A stretch of DNA of 64,000 bases from Minisyncoccota bacterium (GTDB lineage: Bacteria; Patescibacteriota; Minisyncoccia; Phycocordibacterales; PALSA-1337). The stretch covers positions 23,037-87,036 of the forward strand of contig JBAZBL010000001.1 in NCBI GenBank assembly GCA_041671485.1. The letters run 5' to 3'. Position numbers and translations under genes: made by a program. The notes beneath the pieces are model-generated. The model saw nothing but the letters and a program-made list of their open reading frames with translations, was not told the DNA's origin and did no database searches. Shown piece by piece: positions 7,934 to 17,565 of this stretch (position 1 is its first letter; every line of letters begins with the position of its first letter).

Positions 7934-9502
7934 CTAAAACGAGAAACTAAATGTGCTACCCATTCCAGATCCATCCGACTCTGCCCAAATCTTGCCTTTG
8001 TGACGCTCTATAATGTCTTTGGACATGTATAAACCTATACCCATGCCTTCTGTATATTGAGAACGGGCACGATTGCCACGATAAAATTTACTAAAGAGTA
8101 ATGGTATTTCTTCTTTTGGTACTCCAATACCACTATCCTTGACAGAATAAACAATTGTACCATTGATTGTATTTTTTAGTGATATAACTATAGTACCATT
8201 TTCTTTTGAATAGTGAATTGCATTCTCTAAGAATACCTGAATTACAAATTTTATTCGACTTTCATCACATACTGTATTTACATTTTGATCAAAATTTTTC
8301 TCTATTTGTAGTTTCTTTGCTCCAATTTGATCTTTCAATGAATCCACAATATCTTCAATTAGTGGATTTAGATTAATATTTGTTTTGTGATATTCATATG
8401 ATGCATTGTCAGTCTCTGAAACATTGATAAGTAAATCTGTAAGACCTACAAGCTTTGAATTTGCTTCACGGATATAGTCTATTTGTGTACGGTCTTCTAC
8501 ATTTGAGACTGTTTTATTGAGATTCTCTGCGGCCCATTTGATATGTGTAAGTGGTGTTCTAAATTTGTGTGTAACTGTTGTAATAAATTCGTATTTGAGT
8601 AGATCTTGTTCACGCAATCTACGCCATACGACTATCGCTATACTAACAACAATGATAGATATAATTATCGGTGAAACCCAAATCGGAAAATTCTGATAAT
8701 AGACTTGTGCTAGTCTATTGAAATAATCAAACAATGCTATAACTCCACCAACCAAAGCAATAGCAACGCCATAAAAAAATGCTTGTTTGGCAATAACTTT
8801 TATATCACACAATCCGTATTTCACAGCACCATATATTAAAAATGGTACAGATAGGCCAAGGAATGCCATACCCCAGACAGGGTCTATATGTATATTATAT
8901 ACAAGAAAATTGGCAGTATTTCCTGGAACATAGCCAAAAAACATTGCCAATATAAAATATTTTATTTTATTTCTCCAAAGTGTATCTTCTTTCTTGGCTT
9001 TGAAATATGCAACAATAAGTAAGTACATACAATATGGAAATATCAATACATACATAAATAACATACGAACAAAGTTCAAAACTCCAGGATCATAGTAATT
9101 TGGAAAATACATCTTTGGTATTGATGGGAGCAAGAATGTCTCTGGGAATATAATGAAAAATACAAGCATAGATATGCTAAAAGCATATACTAGAGATATA
9201 CTATATCTACTCTTATATTCTATATTTAGGAATGTTGTGATTCCGTGATAATTGAAAGTAATTATAAAAAAGTTAACTAGGTTGAACATCAATGCAATCT
9301 TAGAAATATTTGGATCGGCAATATTGACGCCTATTACATGGGAAAGGGAAAATATAGCAGCACATAGCATTGTAAGAGCAAGTAGTATAGTAGTCTTTGA
9401 TCTAAAATTATTGAAAAAGAAAAATGAAGCCAAACCAATACCAGCTATTACTGATACAATACTCAAAATATTGTGAATAATTAGATTTATATTTGCATCC
9501 AT
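7934..9502 (-). CDS. Membrane-bound sensor histidine kinase (multi-TM N-terminus, HisKA + HATPase_c)
   Basis: 522 aa. About 8 predicted TM helices. H-box 'THKFRTPLTHIKWAAENL'. ATPase G-boxes 'DSGIGVPKEEIPLLFSKFYRG' and 'GMGIGLYMSKDII'. No cognate response regulator is adjacent. Confidence 0.85.
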   Translation of the reverse strand: MDANINLIIHNILSIVSVIAGIGLASFFFFNNFRSKTTILLALTMLCAAIFSLSHVIGVNIADPNISKIALMFNLVNFFIITFNYHGITTFLNIEYKSRYSISLVYAFSISMLVFFIIFPETFLLPSIPKMYFPNYYDPGVLNFVRMLFMYVLIFPYCMYLLIVAYFKAKKEDTLWRNKIKYFILAMFFGYVPGNTANFLVYNIHIDPVWGMAFLGLSVPFLIYGAVKYGLCDIKVIAKQAFFYGVAIALVGGVIALFDYFNRLAQVYYQNFPIWVSPIIISIIVVSIAIVVWRRLREQDLLKYEFITTVTHKFRTPLTHIKWAAENLNKTVSNVEDRTQIDYIREANSKLVGLTDLLINVSETDNASYEYHKTNINLNPLIEDIVDSLKDQIGAKKLQIEKNFDQNVNTVCDESRIKFVIQVFLENAIHYSKENGTIVISLKNTINGTIVYSVKDSGIGVPKEEIPLLFSKFYRGNRARSQYTEGMGIGLYMSKDIIERHKGKIWAESDGSGMGSTFSFSF

Positions 9503-9684
9503 ATTATAAGAGAAATTATAACACTATTTAAACATTGCAAAAAGGTCAAAATTGTGAGACGATGGTTTTTCAAGATATAAATTATGTTTTTCAAGATGAT
9601 CAAATTCTTCTTTTGGATATTGTCGGCAATAGTTGTTTTGCCATGTGTATTTGTTGCAGGAGAATTGTATCCAAAATGGGTTGA

Positions 9685-11115
9685 ATGGGGAGAAAGTTTT
9701 TAAGCTATAATGCAATTATGAACAATAATGATTCATTGACTCTATATCCAACAATATTTGTTATCTTTGGCATAACTGGTGACTTGGCTTCTAGGAAGCT
9801 TTTGCCAGCATTATTATCTCTCTATTCCAAACGACTTTTGCCTATACGATTTACTGTGATTGGTTTCTCGAGACGATCTTTCAATAAAGAAGAATTTCGT
9901 GATCTTATACGAAATAAGATGAATATTCGTCCTGGTCAATTCAAGGAAGAGGATATCAAACATTTTCTCGACCATATGTCATATGAACAGGGGTATTTCG
10001 ATGATTCTAGAGCATACGAAAGGTTGTCCAAGCGTATTCAGTCTATAGATCATGAATGGGATCAATGTTCAAATAAAATATTTCATCTATCAGTTCCTCC
10101 TTCTTTCTATGCAGGAATATTGACAAATCTTTCTTCTTCGAAGCTAAATCATACATGTAATGACGAAAGTGGTTGGACGAGAATTCTAATAGAAAAACCT
10201 TTTGGTAGTGATATAAAAGAGGCAAAGGCATTGGATAATCTTCTAGGTAAACTGTTCGATGAAAAGCAAATATTCCGTATAGATCATTATCTGGCAAAAG
10301 AAGCTCTACAAAATATATTAGCATTTCGTTTCTCCAACTCTCTATTTGAATCTGTTTGGAATAATCGGTCAATAAGCAGAGTCCATATAAAACTTTTCGA
10401 GAAGATAGGCATAGAAGGGCGTGGTGACCTATATGAATCTTTGGGTGCTTTGAAGGATATGGGACAAAACCATATGTTGGCAATGCTAGCCCTCATCACA
10501 ATGGATAGGCCAAAATCATTTATAGCAGGAAATATAAGAGATGAGCGTGCAAAAGTCCTATCTACACTCTCTACTATATCTCCTCGGAATTTGGAAAGAT
10601 TTGTATCCAGAGGGCAATATGACGGATATCTCGCTGAAAAAGGTGTAGCTTCAAATTCTAGGGTTGAAACATATTTTCGAATAGAAGCTAGGCTAAATAA
10701 TAAAAACTGGAAAGGAGTGCCATTTTATCTAGAAAATGGAAAAGCAATGAGAGAGACAAAAACAGAAATAGATGTGTATTTCAAGGGTAGCAAGAATATA
10801 GAAGAGCAAAATATACTGACATTTCGGATTCAGCCAGAAGAATGTATAAAGATAAGATTCTTCGTCAAGACTCCAGGGTTTGCGTGGGAGAGGGAAGCAA
10901 AGACTCTCAAATTCAAGTATTCTGATATACCATCATTTACTTCACTACCAAATGACTATGAAAGACTCATACACGATGCATTTATAGGCGACCAGACCCT
11001 CTTTGCTTCGACTGACGAAATCATGGCTTCATGGAAATTTGTTACACCTATCATAGAGAATTGGAATAGATTACCGCTCAAAAAATATCCGAAAGGAGCA
11101 ATAGAGGTAGAGTAG
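9685..11115 (+). CDS. zwf: Glucose-6-phosphate 1-dehydrogenase (alternative start at ATG 9718)
   Basis: NADP-binding 'IFGITGDLASRKLLPAL', active site 'RIDHYLAKE' and 'NHMLAMLAL' (the G6PD 'QNHLLQ' region) are present. Confidence 0.88.
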   Translation: MGRKFLSYNAIMNNNDSLTLYPTIFVIFGITGDLASRKLLPALLSLYSKRLLPIRFTVIGFSRRSFNKEEFRDLIRNKMNIRPGQFKEEDIKHFLDHMSYEQGYFDDSRAYERLSKRIQSIDHEWDQCSNKIFHLSVPPSFYAGILTNLSSSKLNHTCNDESGWTRILIEKPFGSDIKEAKALDNLLGKLFDEKQIFRIDHYLAKEALQNILAFRFSNSLFESVWNNRSISRVHIKLFEKIGIEGRGDLYESLGALKDMGQNHMLAMLALITMDRPKSFIAGNIRDERAKVLSTLSTISPRNLERFVSRGQYDGYLAEKGVASNSRVETYFRIEARLNNKNWKGVPFYLENGKAMRETKTEIDVYFKGSKNIEEQNILTFRIQPEECIKIRFFVKTPGFAWEREAKTLKFKYSDIPSFTSLPNDYERLIHDAFIGDQTLFASTDEIMASWKFVTPIIENWNRLPLKKYPKGAIEVE

Positions 11116-11262
11116 ATAGAGCCAAATATATCTTTTAATGTTATTATTTTGTTATTCCTCTGCAGGATGAGAGAGCTCGTGCTGTAATAGGAAATTCGAA
11201 ACATGGAAACCGACGCGTCAAAATCGTTTTTTGTGTTACGAAAAAGGGCAAAGGGAGGTTCC

Positions 11263-11310
11263 GACGGATGATGTGGCTTTCTGTCATTTCATCCGTCTTT
11301 TTATTTATTT
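11263..11310 (+). terminator. Rho-independent terminator-like hairpin (GACGGATGA...TCATCCGTC + TTTTTATTTATTT), ~150 nt downstream of zwf
   Basis: Perfect 9-bp inverted repeat with a 17-nt loop followed by a T-rich tract. The ~150-nt region between zwf and this hairpin (11150-11260) is GC-richer and has no ORF. Confidence 0.5.
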
Positions 11311-11419
11311 TATAGAAGAAATTGTATTGAGACAAGTCTCTGTCTCTGTTGAAAAGATTGATTTTGAGGTGCAGATTAAAATACAGTAAAAATGTTTCAA
11401 TTGTGATATAATTGAGCAA

Positions 11420-12382
11420 ATGATCAATCAACTTGTAAAATATATGCATCCATTTGAAAAAATACTAAGTGTTTCAAAAGAAAATATTGTTCTTGAAATA
11501 AAAGGCTTTTCTGATTTACCATGGGTAGATTTCTTACTTAATCCTCGCCGTTTAAGAGGTAGCGACTTCTTGATGCGATGGTCACAGGGGGTTTGGAGCG
11601 AAAATCGTCTTATTGAAGCGATAAATGAAAGCGGGAAATATTTTGCCGTTCCTTATGGTCCGAGCGGAACTGCCCCAACAGACGATGTACGGGCATTTGA
11701 ACTTTATTTTGAACGTTTAGAGAAAGCAGGTCTTGGTCATATAAAAAGACCAGATTTACTTGTATTCAAGAAAACAAACGAGAAAGCAGTGAGCAAGATT
11801 CTAAAAAATATTGGCGGAATACAAGAATTGCCTTTTACAGAAGAAAGTAAGCTTGATGGATTGCTTAAGATGGCAACGGTGGCAGTAGAATGTGAAAACA
11901 GTCTATGGAAATCAAAGAAAATGCCTGATTATGAAACTCTTCTTACACCACAGAAAAGATTAAACGGTCAGTTTGGATTGAAGAAAACAGCTGTTTTACC
12001 AACTGTAATCATTAAAGAAGAAGACCGAGAACCTCTTAATAAGTGGCAGGAAAATAATAAAGTACTGATTCATGTGTGGCATGTATTTTACGACCAAGCA
12101 TTTGGTATTCCTCTCAAAGAAGTGGAACGGTTGATCAGTAATGGTCTTATTCAGCCGACGATTCAAACATTTCAGGCACCCGGCGGAGCAACGACAAAGA
12201 AAGCCATATACAAAATCTATTACCGTTATGCCTATCCACTTGGTGACGCTATAGAAGAACCTACGCTTATTTCAGATTGTATTGAGGACAAGAATGGACA
12301 CATTTTGCCGTATGTTAAATTCCATGGAGGTAAGTTAAGACTTAACAATGAAGCTATTAAAGTCCTGGATTCAATTTTATGA
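11420..12382 (+). CDS. Putative type II restriction endonuclease (uncharacterised family), translationally coupled to downstream N6-adenine methyltransferase
   Basis: 320-aa ORF with no recognisable family. Its TGA stop overlaps the ATG of the methylase (ATGA). There is a possible PD-(D/E)xK-like 'RPDLLVFKK'. The call rests on genomic context. Confidence 0.4.
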   Translation: MINQLVKYMHPFEKILSVSKENIVLEIKGFSDLPWVDFLLNPRRLRGSDFLMRWSQGVWSENRLIEAINESGKYFAVPYGPSGTAPTDDVRAFELYFERLEKAGLGHIKRPDLLVFKKTNEKAVSKILKNIGGIQELPFTEESKLDGLLKMATVAVECENSLWKSKKMPDYETLLTPQKRLNGQFGLKKTAVLPTVIIKEEDREPLNKWQENNKVLIHVWHVFYDQAFGIPLKEVERLISNGLIQPTIQTFQAPGGATTKKAIYKIYYRYAYPLGDAIEEPTLISDCIEDKNGHILPYVKFHGGKLRLNNEAIKVLDSIL

Positions 12383-13890
12383 AAAGAATTATTCATCAAA
12401 AATTACCATCTCAACACAATGAGAGAGAAAGACTTAGAGATAAGGGACAATTTTGGACTCCGAGCTGGGTTGCTGATGCAATGGTTGCTTATGTGGCCAA
12501 AAATGCCGATCTTGTCTTCGATCCCGGAGTTGGTAAGGGTGTTTTTTATAGCTCGCTCAAAAAGATTAATCCGAAAATTAAATTCTACGGTACGGATATT
12601 GACCCAAATATTATTACTGATGCAAAAGCTGAAGGTATTTTTGATGATAATGCTCATCTCGAGATAAGAGATTTTATCCTCAATACTCCAAAGAAACTAT
12701 TCCGAGGTATTGTCGCAAATCCACCTTATATACGCCATCATCGTCTGTCACAAGAATATAAAGAAAAATTTAAAGCAATAAGTATACGGTCAATGAATGA
12801 CACACTCGATGGTCGCGCTGGTTTGCATATTTATTTCCTTATTCAAGCTCTAAACTTACTCGATAAAGGTGGTAGACTTGCTTTCATTATGCCAGCAGAT
12901 ACATGTGAAGGCATATTTTCAAAAAAGCTTTGGGATTGGATTTCAAAAGATTTCGCCATTGATGGTGTAATAACTTTTGACCATAAAGCTACACCTTTCC
13001 CTGGTGTAGATACTAATGCAGTTATCTTTTTAATCCGCAAAGACAGTCCAATAGAAAAAATAAAGTGGATTAAATGTTTGGAGCCAGAAACTACTCAATT
13101 ATTGAGTCTTATAAACGATGATTTCAAAGACGATAAGTTTTCTGATCTAGTTATCTATGATAGAGATTTAGAAGAAGCAATCTCGACAGGCTTGTCAAGG
13201 GCACCACAGGATAGAAAATTTGAATTCACTTTGGTCGATTTTGCAAAAGTAATGCGTGGTATCGCTACAGGTGCTAACGAATTCTTTTTTCTCACAAAGA
13301 AAAAGGTGAAGGAACTTAAGATTCCCGATAAATTCTTTCTTACAGCAGTTGGTCGGACACGCGATGCTGAGGGGTCTTATATTACAAAAGAAACTCTAGA
13401 AAAATTGGAAAGAAAAGGGAGGCCTACGCTTCTGTTTTTTCCTAATGGGACTGATTGGAAAAATATGCCTGATTCAGTTAAAAATTATATTATAGAGGGT
13501 CAGAAAATGGGATTGTCTAATCGCGCGTTGATTTCAACAAGACAACCTTGGTATAAAATGGAAGTTAGAGAAAAACCAGTATTTTTATTTGCTTATCTTG
13601 GTAGAAGAAATGCGCGGTTTATAAAAAATGAAGCAGGGATTATTCCACTCACTAGTTTCCTTTGTGTATATCCCCATTCAGATAATAAGGAATATATTGA
13701 TAAACTATGGGGAGTTTTACAACATCCAGATACAATCTCAAATTTGCAACTAGTTGGAAAATCTTATGGTTCTGGAGCAATTAAAGTTGAGCCTCGGTCA
13801 TTAGAGAGATTACCTATAAGTTCTAAAATTATTAAGGAATTTGGTCTAAATCCTATTAAGTTGGGATTATCTTTGTTTACACAAACATAG
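12379..13890 (+). CDS. N6-adenine DNA methyltransferase, gamma-class (Eco57I/TaqI-like), type II R-M
   Basis: Motif X 'GQFWTPSWVADAM', motif I 'FDPGVGKGVF', motif IV 'NPPYI' (NPPY), and a C-terminal target-recognition region. Confidence 0.85.
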   Translation: MKRIIHQKLPSQHNERERLRDKGQFWTPSWVADAMVAYVAKNADLVFDPGVGKGVFYSSLKKINPKIKFYGTDIDPNIITDAKAEGIFDDNAHLEIRDFILNTPKKLFRGIVANPPYIRHHRLSQEYKEKFKAISIRSMNDTLDGRAGLHIYFLIQALNLLDKGGRLAFIMPADTCEGIFSKKLWDWISKDFAIDGVITFDHKATPFPGVDTNAVIFLIRKDSPIEKIKWIKCLEPETTQLLSLINDDFKDDKFSDLVIYDRDLEEAISTGLSRAPQDRKFEFTLVDFAKVMRGIATGANEFFFLTKKKVKELKIPDKFFLTAVGRTRDAEGSYITKETLEKLERKGRPTLLFFPNGTDWKNMPDSVKNYIIEGQKMGLSNRALISTRQPWYKMEVREKPVFLFAYLGRRNARFIKNEAGIIPLTSFLCVYPHSDNKEYIDKLWGVLQHPDTISNLQLVGKSYGSGAIKVEPRSLERLPISSKIIKEFGLNPIKLGLSLFTQT

Positions 13891-13910
13891 AGGATTCTAT
13901 TTTAATAAAT

Positions 13911-13939
13911 TTGACAAGACACTAATCTTGGTTTATACT
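13911..13939 (+). promoter_or_regulatory. Putative sigma70 promoter TTGACA-17-TATACT upstream of DEAD-box helicase
   Basis: TTGACA at 13911-13916 and TATACT at 13934-13939. Confidence 0.45.
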
Positions 13940-13946
13940 TGTATTT

Positions 13947-15119
13947 GTGTACCATCCGAAATCACGAATAAGAAGCAGATTTTCTCGTCCTACTAGCAAG
14001 AGAGGTAGAGGTAAAAACGAAAGAATTGATATCCATCGCTTTATAAACAAAGTAACAGTAGCTCTAGAAGTTGCTCTTTTTGTGCCTATCAATAAGTTTG
14101 AGAACTTCCAAATAGATCAAAGATTGAGAGATTCTATCATTACAAAAGGTTATAGTATACCAACGCCCATACAAGATAAAACTATACCGCACATTCTTCT
14201 TGGTAATGATGTAGTAGGTATTGCCAATACTGGCACAGGCAAAACTGCTGCCTTTTTGGTACCTCTCATACACAAGATTTTACAAAATAGGAAAGAGCAG
14301 GTAATGATCATTGTGCCCACTCGCGAACTGAGTATTCAGATTGACACAGAATTGAAACAGTTTGTACGAGGTATGAAAATATTTTCTGTTTGCTGTGTAG
14401 GTGGAGCGCCGATTCGTAGACAGATTGCCGATTTGAGACATCAGAATAATTTTATTATAGGCACACCTGGTAGACTCAAAGATCTGATAGACCGTAAACT
14501 GATACGCCTTTCAGAATTTAATACTATTGTTTTGGATGAGGCCGATAGAATGCTCGATATGGGTTTCATAAATGAAATGCGTGCAATAATGCTAGCCATG
14601 CCGAAAAATCGCCAAACATTGTTTTTCTCCGCAACTATTTCACCAGAAATCGAAAGACTTATCGGTGAATTTCTGAAAAATCCAATACATATTTCTGTCA
14701 AAACTTCCAATACTCCTCAAAATGTTGATCAGGATATCATCCGCGTAAAACATGGTGAAGAAAAAATAGATACTTTATACAATTTGCTCATTCAAAAAGA
14801 ATTGACCAAAGTGCTTATCTTTGGACGAACTAAGCATGGTGTAGAGAGACTTTCTCAATATTTGAAAAAGAGGGGACTAAAAACAGAATCAATTCATGGT
14901 AATAAAAATCATAATAAACGTCAGGAAGCGCTTGGTTTATTCAAGAATAACTCTATACAGATACTTGTCGCTACAGATGTGGCCGCTAGAGGTCTCGACA
15001 TTGCCGATGTGAGCCATGTTATAAACTATGACATTCCAGCCACACACGATGACTATATACACCGCATCGGCCGTACTGGTCGTGCAGGTAAGCTTGGTAA
15101 GGCATTGACGTTTGTCTGA
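13947..15119 (+). CDS. DEAD-box ATP-dependent RNA helicase
   Basis: Q-motif region. Motif I 'ANTGTGKTAAF', motif II 'VLDEADRMLDMGF', 'SAT', and motif VI 'HRIGRTGRAG'. Confidence 0.9.
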   Translation: MYHPKSRIRSRFSRPTSKRGRGKNERIDIHRFINKVTVALEVALFVPINKFENFQIDQRLRDSIITKGYSIPTPIQDKTIPHILLGNDVVGIANTGTGKTAAFLVPLIHKILQNRKEQVMIIVPTRELSIQIDTELKQFVRGMKIFSVCCVGGAPIRRQIADLRHQNNFIIGTPGRLKDLIDRKLIRLSEFNTIVLDEADRMLDMGFINEMRAIMLAMPKNRQTLFFSATISPEIERLIGEFLKNPIHISVKTSNTPQNVDQDIIRVKHGEEKIDTLYNLLIQKELTKVLIFGRTKHGVERLSQYLKKRGLKTESIHGNKNHNKRQEALGLFKNNSIQILVATDVAARGLDIADVSHVINYDIPATHDDYIHRIGRTGRAGKLGKALTFV

Positions 15120-15219
15120 TTCTGTATTTCTCACTGCAATGTATAGAAAAGGAGTTTGTATTAGGGTGTTTACAATTACTTGACAATTAGATATAGATTG
15201 GTTTACAATTGATTTACGC

Positions 15220-16272
15220 ATGATTACAAAACAGAAAATACTAGAAACTGCAAGGATTAAAGGCAAAATATTCAGTAAGGATTTTACTGAAGATTTTAAT
15301 GTTTCTAGACAGTATATTAGTGTTCTCATTTCTAGACTTGTGAAATCCAAAGAACTTTTAAGGATCGGTTCAACAAAAAATGCATTTTATATCTTACCGG
15401 AATATGCAGAAAATCATCCAGAAATTTTACCGACAAAATATTCTAAAAGTTTCAAAAACAATAATTTAGAAGAGCACGATGTTCTTATTGAAGTAGAGGA
15501 AAAGTTTCCACAAATTTCCGGACTCAAAGAACATGTCCGTAATATTTTTACTTTTGCTTTCTCTGAAATGTTCAATAATGCAATTGAACATTCCCAGTCA
15601 AAAAATATTTCTGTTGAGGTTATGGTCGCTGATAATGATTTATTGTTTATCGTGAGCGATTCGGGAATCGGAGTGTTCAGGAGCGTGATGAGAAAGGGAA
15701 AATTGAAATCAGAATTAGAAGCAATCCAAGATTTATTAAAAGGAAAAACTACAACTATGCCAAAATCTCATTCCGGAGAAGGAATCTTCTTTACATCAAA
15801 AGCAGCAGATGTCTTTATTTTAGACAGTTTCGGACACCAAATGACTATGAATAATAAGAATGGAGATGTTTCCGTGAGACAAGTCAAAGAAAAAAGGGGG
15901 ACGAGGGTTGTGTTCAGGATTAACACTAGTTCATCTAAACACCTAAGTGATGTATTTAAAAAATACACAAATCTGAAAGAGGAGAGCGATTACGGATTTG
16001 ATAAGACCGAAATACGAGTTAAACTCTATACGGTTGCTGGTATCCATATTTCCCGTTCCCAAGCGCGCCGAATTCTACATGGACTCGAGAAGTTCAAGAT
16101 CATCCTTTTTGATTTTGACAAAGTACCGATAGTCGGTCAGGCTTTTGCCGATGAAATATATAGAGTCTTTCATAACAAACATCCCAATATTGAAATACAA
16201 GAAGAAAATATGGCCGAGGCTGTAAAGTTTATGATTGATCGTGCAAAAAATGAAGCAAAACGAGCAAGATAG
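15220..16272 (+). CDS. wHTH - GHKL/HATPase_c ATPase - C-terminal STAS-like (DUF4325-like) domain protein
   Basis: N-terminal HTH 'SRQYISVLISRLVKSKELLRIG'. ATPase N-box 'AFSEMFNNAIEHS' and G-box 'VSDSGIGVF'. C-terminal 'IILFDFDKVPIVGQAFADEIYRVF' resembles the STAS-like DUF4325 fold. The domain assignment is made from memory of these families. Confidence 0.55.
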   Translation: MITKQKILETARIKGKIFSKDFTEDFNVSRQYISVLISRLVKSKELLRIGSTKNAFYILPEYAENHPEILPTKYSKSFKNNNLEEHDVLIEVEEKFPQISGLKEHVRNIFTFAFSEMFNNAIEHSQSKNISVEVMVADNDLLFIVSDSGIGVFRSVMRKGKLKSELEAIQDLLKGKTTTMPKSHSGEGIFFTSKAADVFILDSFGHQMTMNNKNGDVSVRQVKEKRGTRVVFRINTSSSKHLSDVFKKYTNLKEESDYGFDKTEIRVKLYTVAGIHISRSQARRILHGLEKFKIILFDFDKVPIVGQAFADEIYRVFHNKHPNIEIQEENMAEAVKFMIDRAKNEAKRAR

Positions 16273-16309
16273 ATTTTACTTTTCCTTATTTTTTAGCTAT
16301 CTTTATGAG

Positions 16310-17308
16310 ATGAGTTTATCCATCGGCATCGTAGGACTCCCAAATGTGGGCAAATCCACGCTTTTTAATGCACTTACAAAGAAGGGTGTGCCTGCGGAGA
16401 ATTATCCGTTCTGCACAATCGATCCTTCTGTTGGCATTGTGCCTGTACCAGATGAGAGAGTTGCAAAGCTTTCAGAGTTTTCAAAATCGGCCAAAACTAT
16501 TCCGGCTGTTGTTGAATTTGTTGACATTGCTGGCCTTGTAAAGGGGGCATCGGAGGGTGAAGGATTGGGCAACAAATTCTTGGCTCATATTCGGGAAACG
16601 GATGCTATAGCTGAAGTTGTTCGAATATTCAAGGATGATAAAATTATTCACGTTGATAAAGAGATAAATCCACTTCGCGATATAGATGTCATAAACCTAG
16701 AATTGGTACTCGCTGATCTAGAAACAGTGACAAAGAGGTTAGCCTCGGTGGAAAAGGATGTCAAAAGCAATAAAAAAGAAGCAATATTGGAGAAGGGAAT
16801 GCTTCAAAAAGTAAAAGTATTATTGGATGAAGGGAAATTGGCAAGTGGTGTAATATTGCATGATGATGAAAAACCACTATTGAAACAATTAAATCTGCTT
16901 TCTGTTAAACCGATTCTATATGTTCTCAATAGTTCTGAAGCTAGTGATAATGATGAAGAAGTCCTGTCAAAAATCTCGGGTTCTTATGTTAAAGTTGATC
17001 CTATATTTGAAAATGGTTTGGGCGATCTTATAAAGAAAAGTTATGAACTATTGGATTTGATAACATATTTTACAACTGGTGAAGATGAGACTCGTGCTTG
17101 GACAATAAAGAGACATTCAACAGCACCTGTAGCTGGTATGGCAATTCACACTGATTTCCGTGACAAATTTATTCGCGCAGAAGTGATAGAGTGGCAAAAA
17201 TTGCTCGAAGCTGGATCATATGCAAAGGCGCGAGAGAAAGGGTGGGTGAGGACGGAGGGGAAAGGGTATGTGGTGAAAGATGGGGATGTGGTGGAGTTCA
17301 AAATCTAA
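16310..17308 (+). CDS. ychF: Ribosome-binding ATPase YchF (Obg-family GTPase); start at internal ATG 16310
   Basis: 'MSLSIGIVGLPNVGKSTLFNALT' is the G1 motif, 'FCTIDP' is the G2/TGS-coupling region, and a C-terminal TGS-like domain 'GKGYVVKDGDVVEFKI' is present. Confidence 0.9.
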   Translation: MSLSIGIVGLPNVGKSTLFNALTKKGVPAENYPFCTIDPSVGIVPVPDERVAKLSEFSKSAKTIPAVVEFVDIAGLVKGASEGEGLGNKFLAHIRETDAIAEVVRIFKDDKIIHVDKEINPLRDIDVINLELVLADLETVTKRLASVEKDVKSNKKEAILEKGMLQKVKVLLDEGKLASGVILHDDEKPLLKQLNLLSVKPILYVLNSSEASDNDEEVLSKISGSYVKVDPIFENGLGDLIKKSYELLDLITYFTTGEDETRAWTIKRHSTAPVAGMAIHTDFRDKFIRAEVIEWQKLLEAGSYAKAREKGWVRTEGKGYVVKDGDVVEFKI

Positions 17309-17453
17309 ATAGAAACAGCCCTTCCTTTCGGTTGGGCTGGGACCTGGGGAGACGCTCTTAACGTATCTAACCAAGCTTATATATAGTGTAGCAGATAACA
17401 TTATTCCTGTCAAGCGCAAGAAAATGTTGGTGTTTTAGACCAAATCATATGTT

Positions 17454-17498
17454 AATCGTATCATTTTGATACAATTATAGGTGTTAAATGATACGATT
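17454..17498. repeat. 13-bp perfect inverted repeat AATCGTATCATTT / AAATGATACGATT with 19-nt spacer
   Basis: Arms at 17454-17466 and 17486-17498. The repeat lies in the ~630-bp non-coding region after ychF. Confidence 0.8.
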
Positions 17499-17532
17499 AT
17501 GCAGTAGTTGCTGGGTAAGAATGGATGGGAAG

Positions 17533-17558
17533 GGGTATGTGGTGAAAGATGGGGATGT
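17533..17558 (+). repeat. Duplicate of the last ~26-35 nt of ychF coding sequence (GGGTATGTGGTGAAAGATGGGGATGT), 270 bp downstream of the original (17264-17289)
   Basis: 26/26 identity, extended with mismatches on both sides. It is followed by the terminator hairpin at 17566-17600. Confidence 0.85.
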
Positions 17559-17565
17559 AATGAAA

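Noticed and set aside
7774-8032. ORFs 7774-7974 (-) and 7784-8032 (+) in the tRNA-Pro repeat region
   Set aside because: They cover duplicated tRNA fragments and hairpins and have Arg/Ser-rich nonsense composition.
11150-11300. Possible SRP (4.5S) RNA or other ncRNA in the GC-richer stretch downstream of zwf (contains GTGCTGT...AGG)
   Set aside because: The conserved helix-8 GGAAGCAGC/GNRA motifs are absent. Only the terminator hairpin at the 3' side is clear. It is left as unexplained non-coding sequence.
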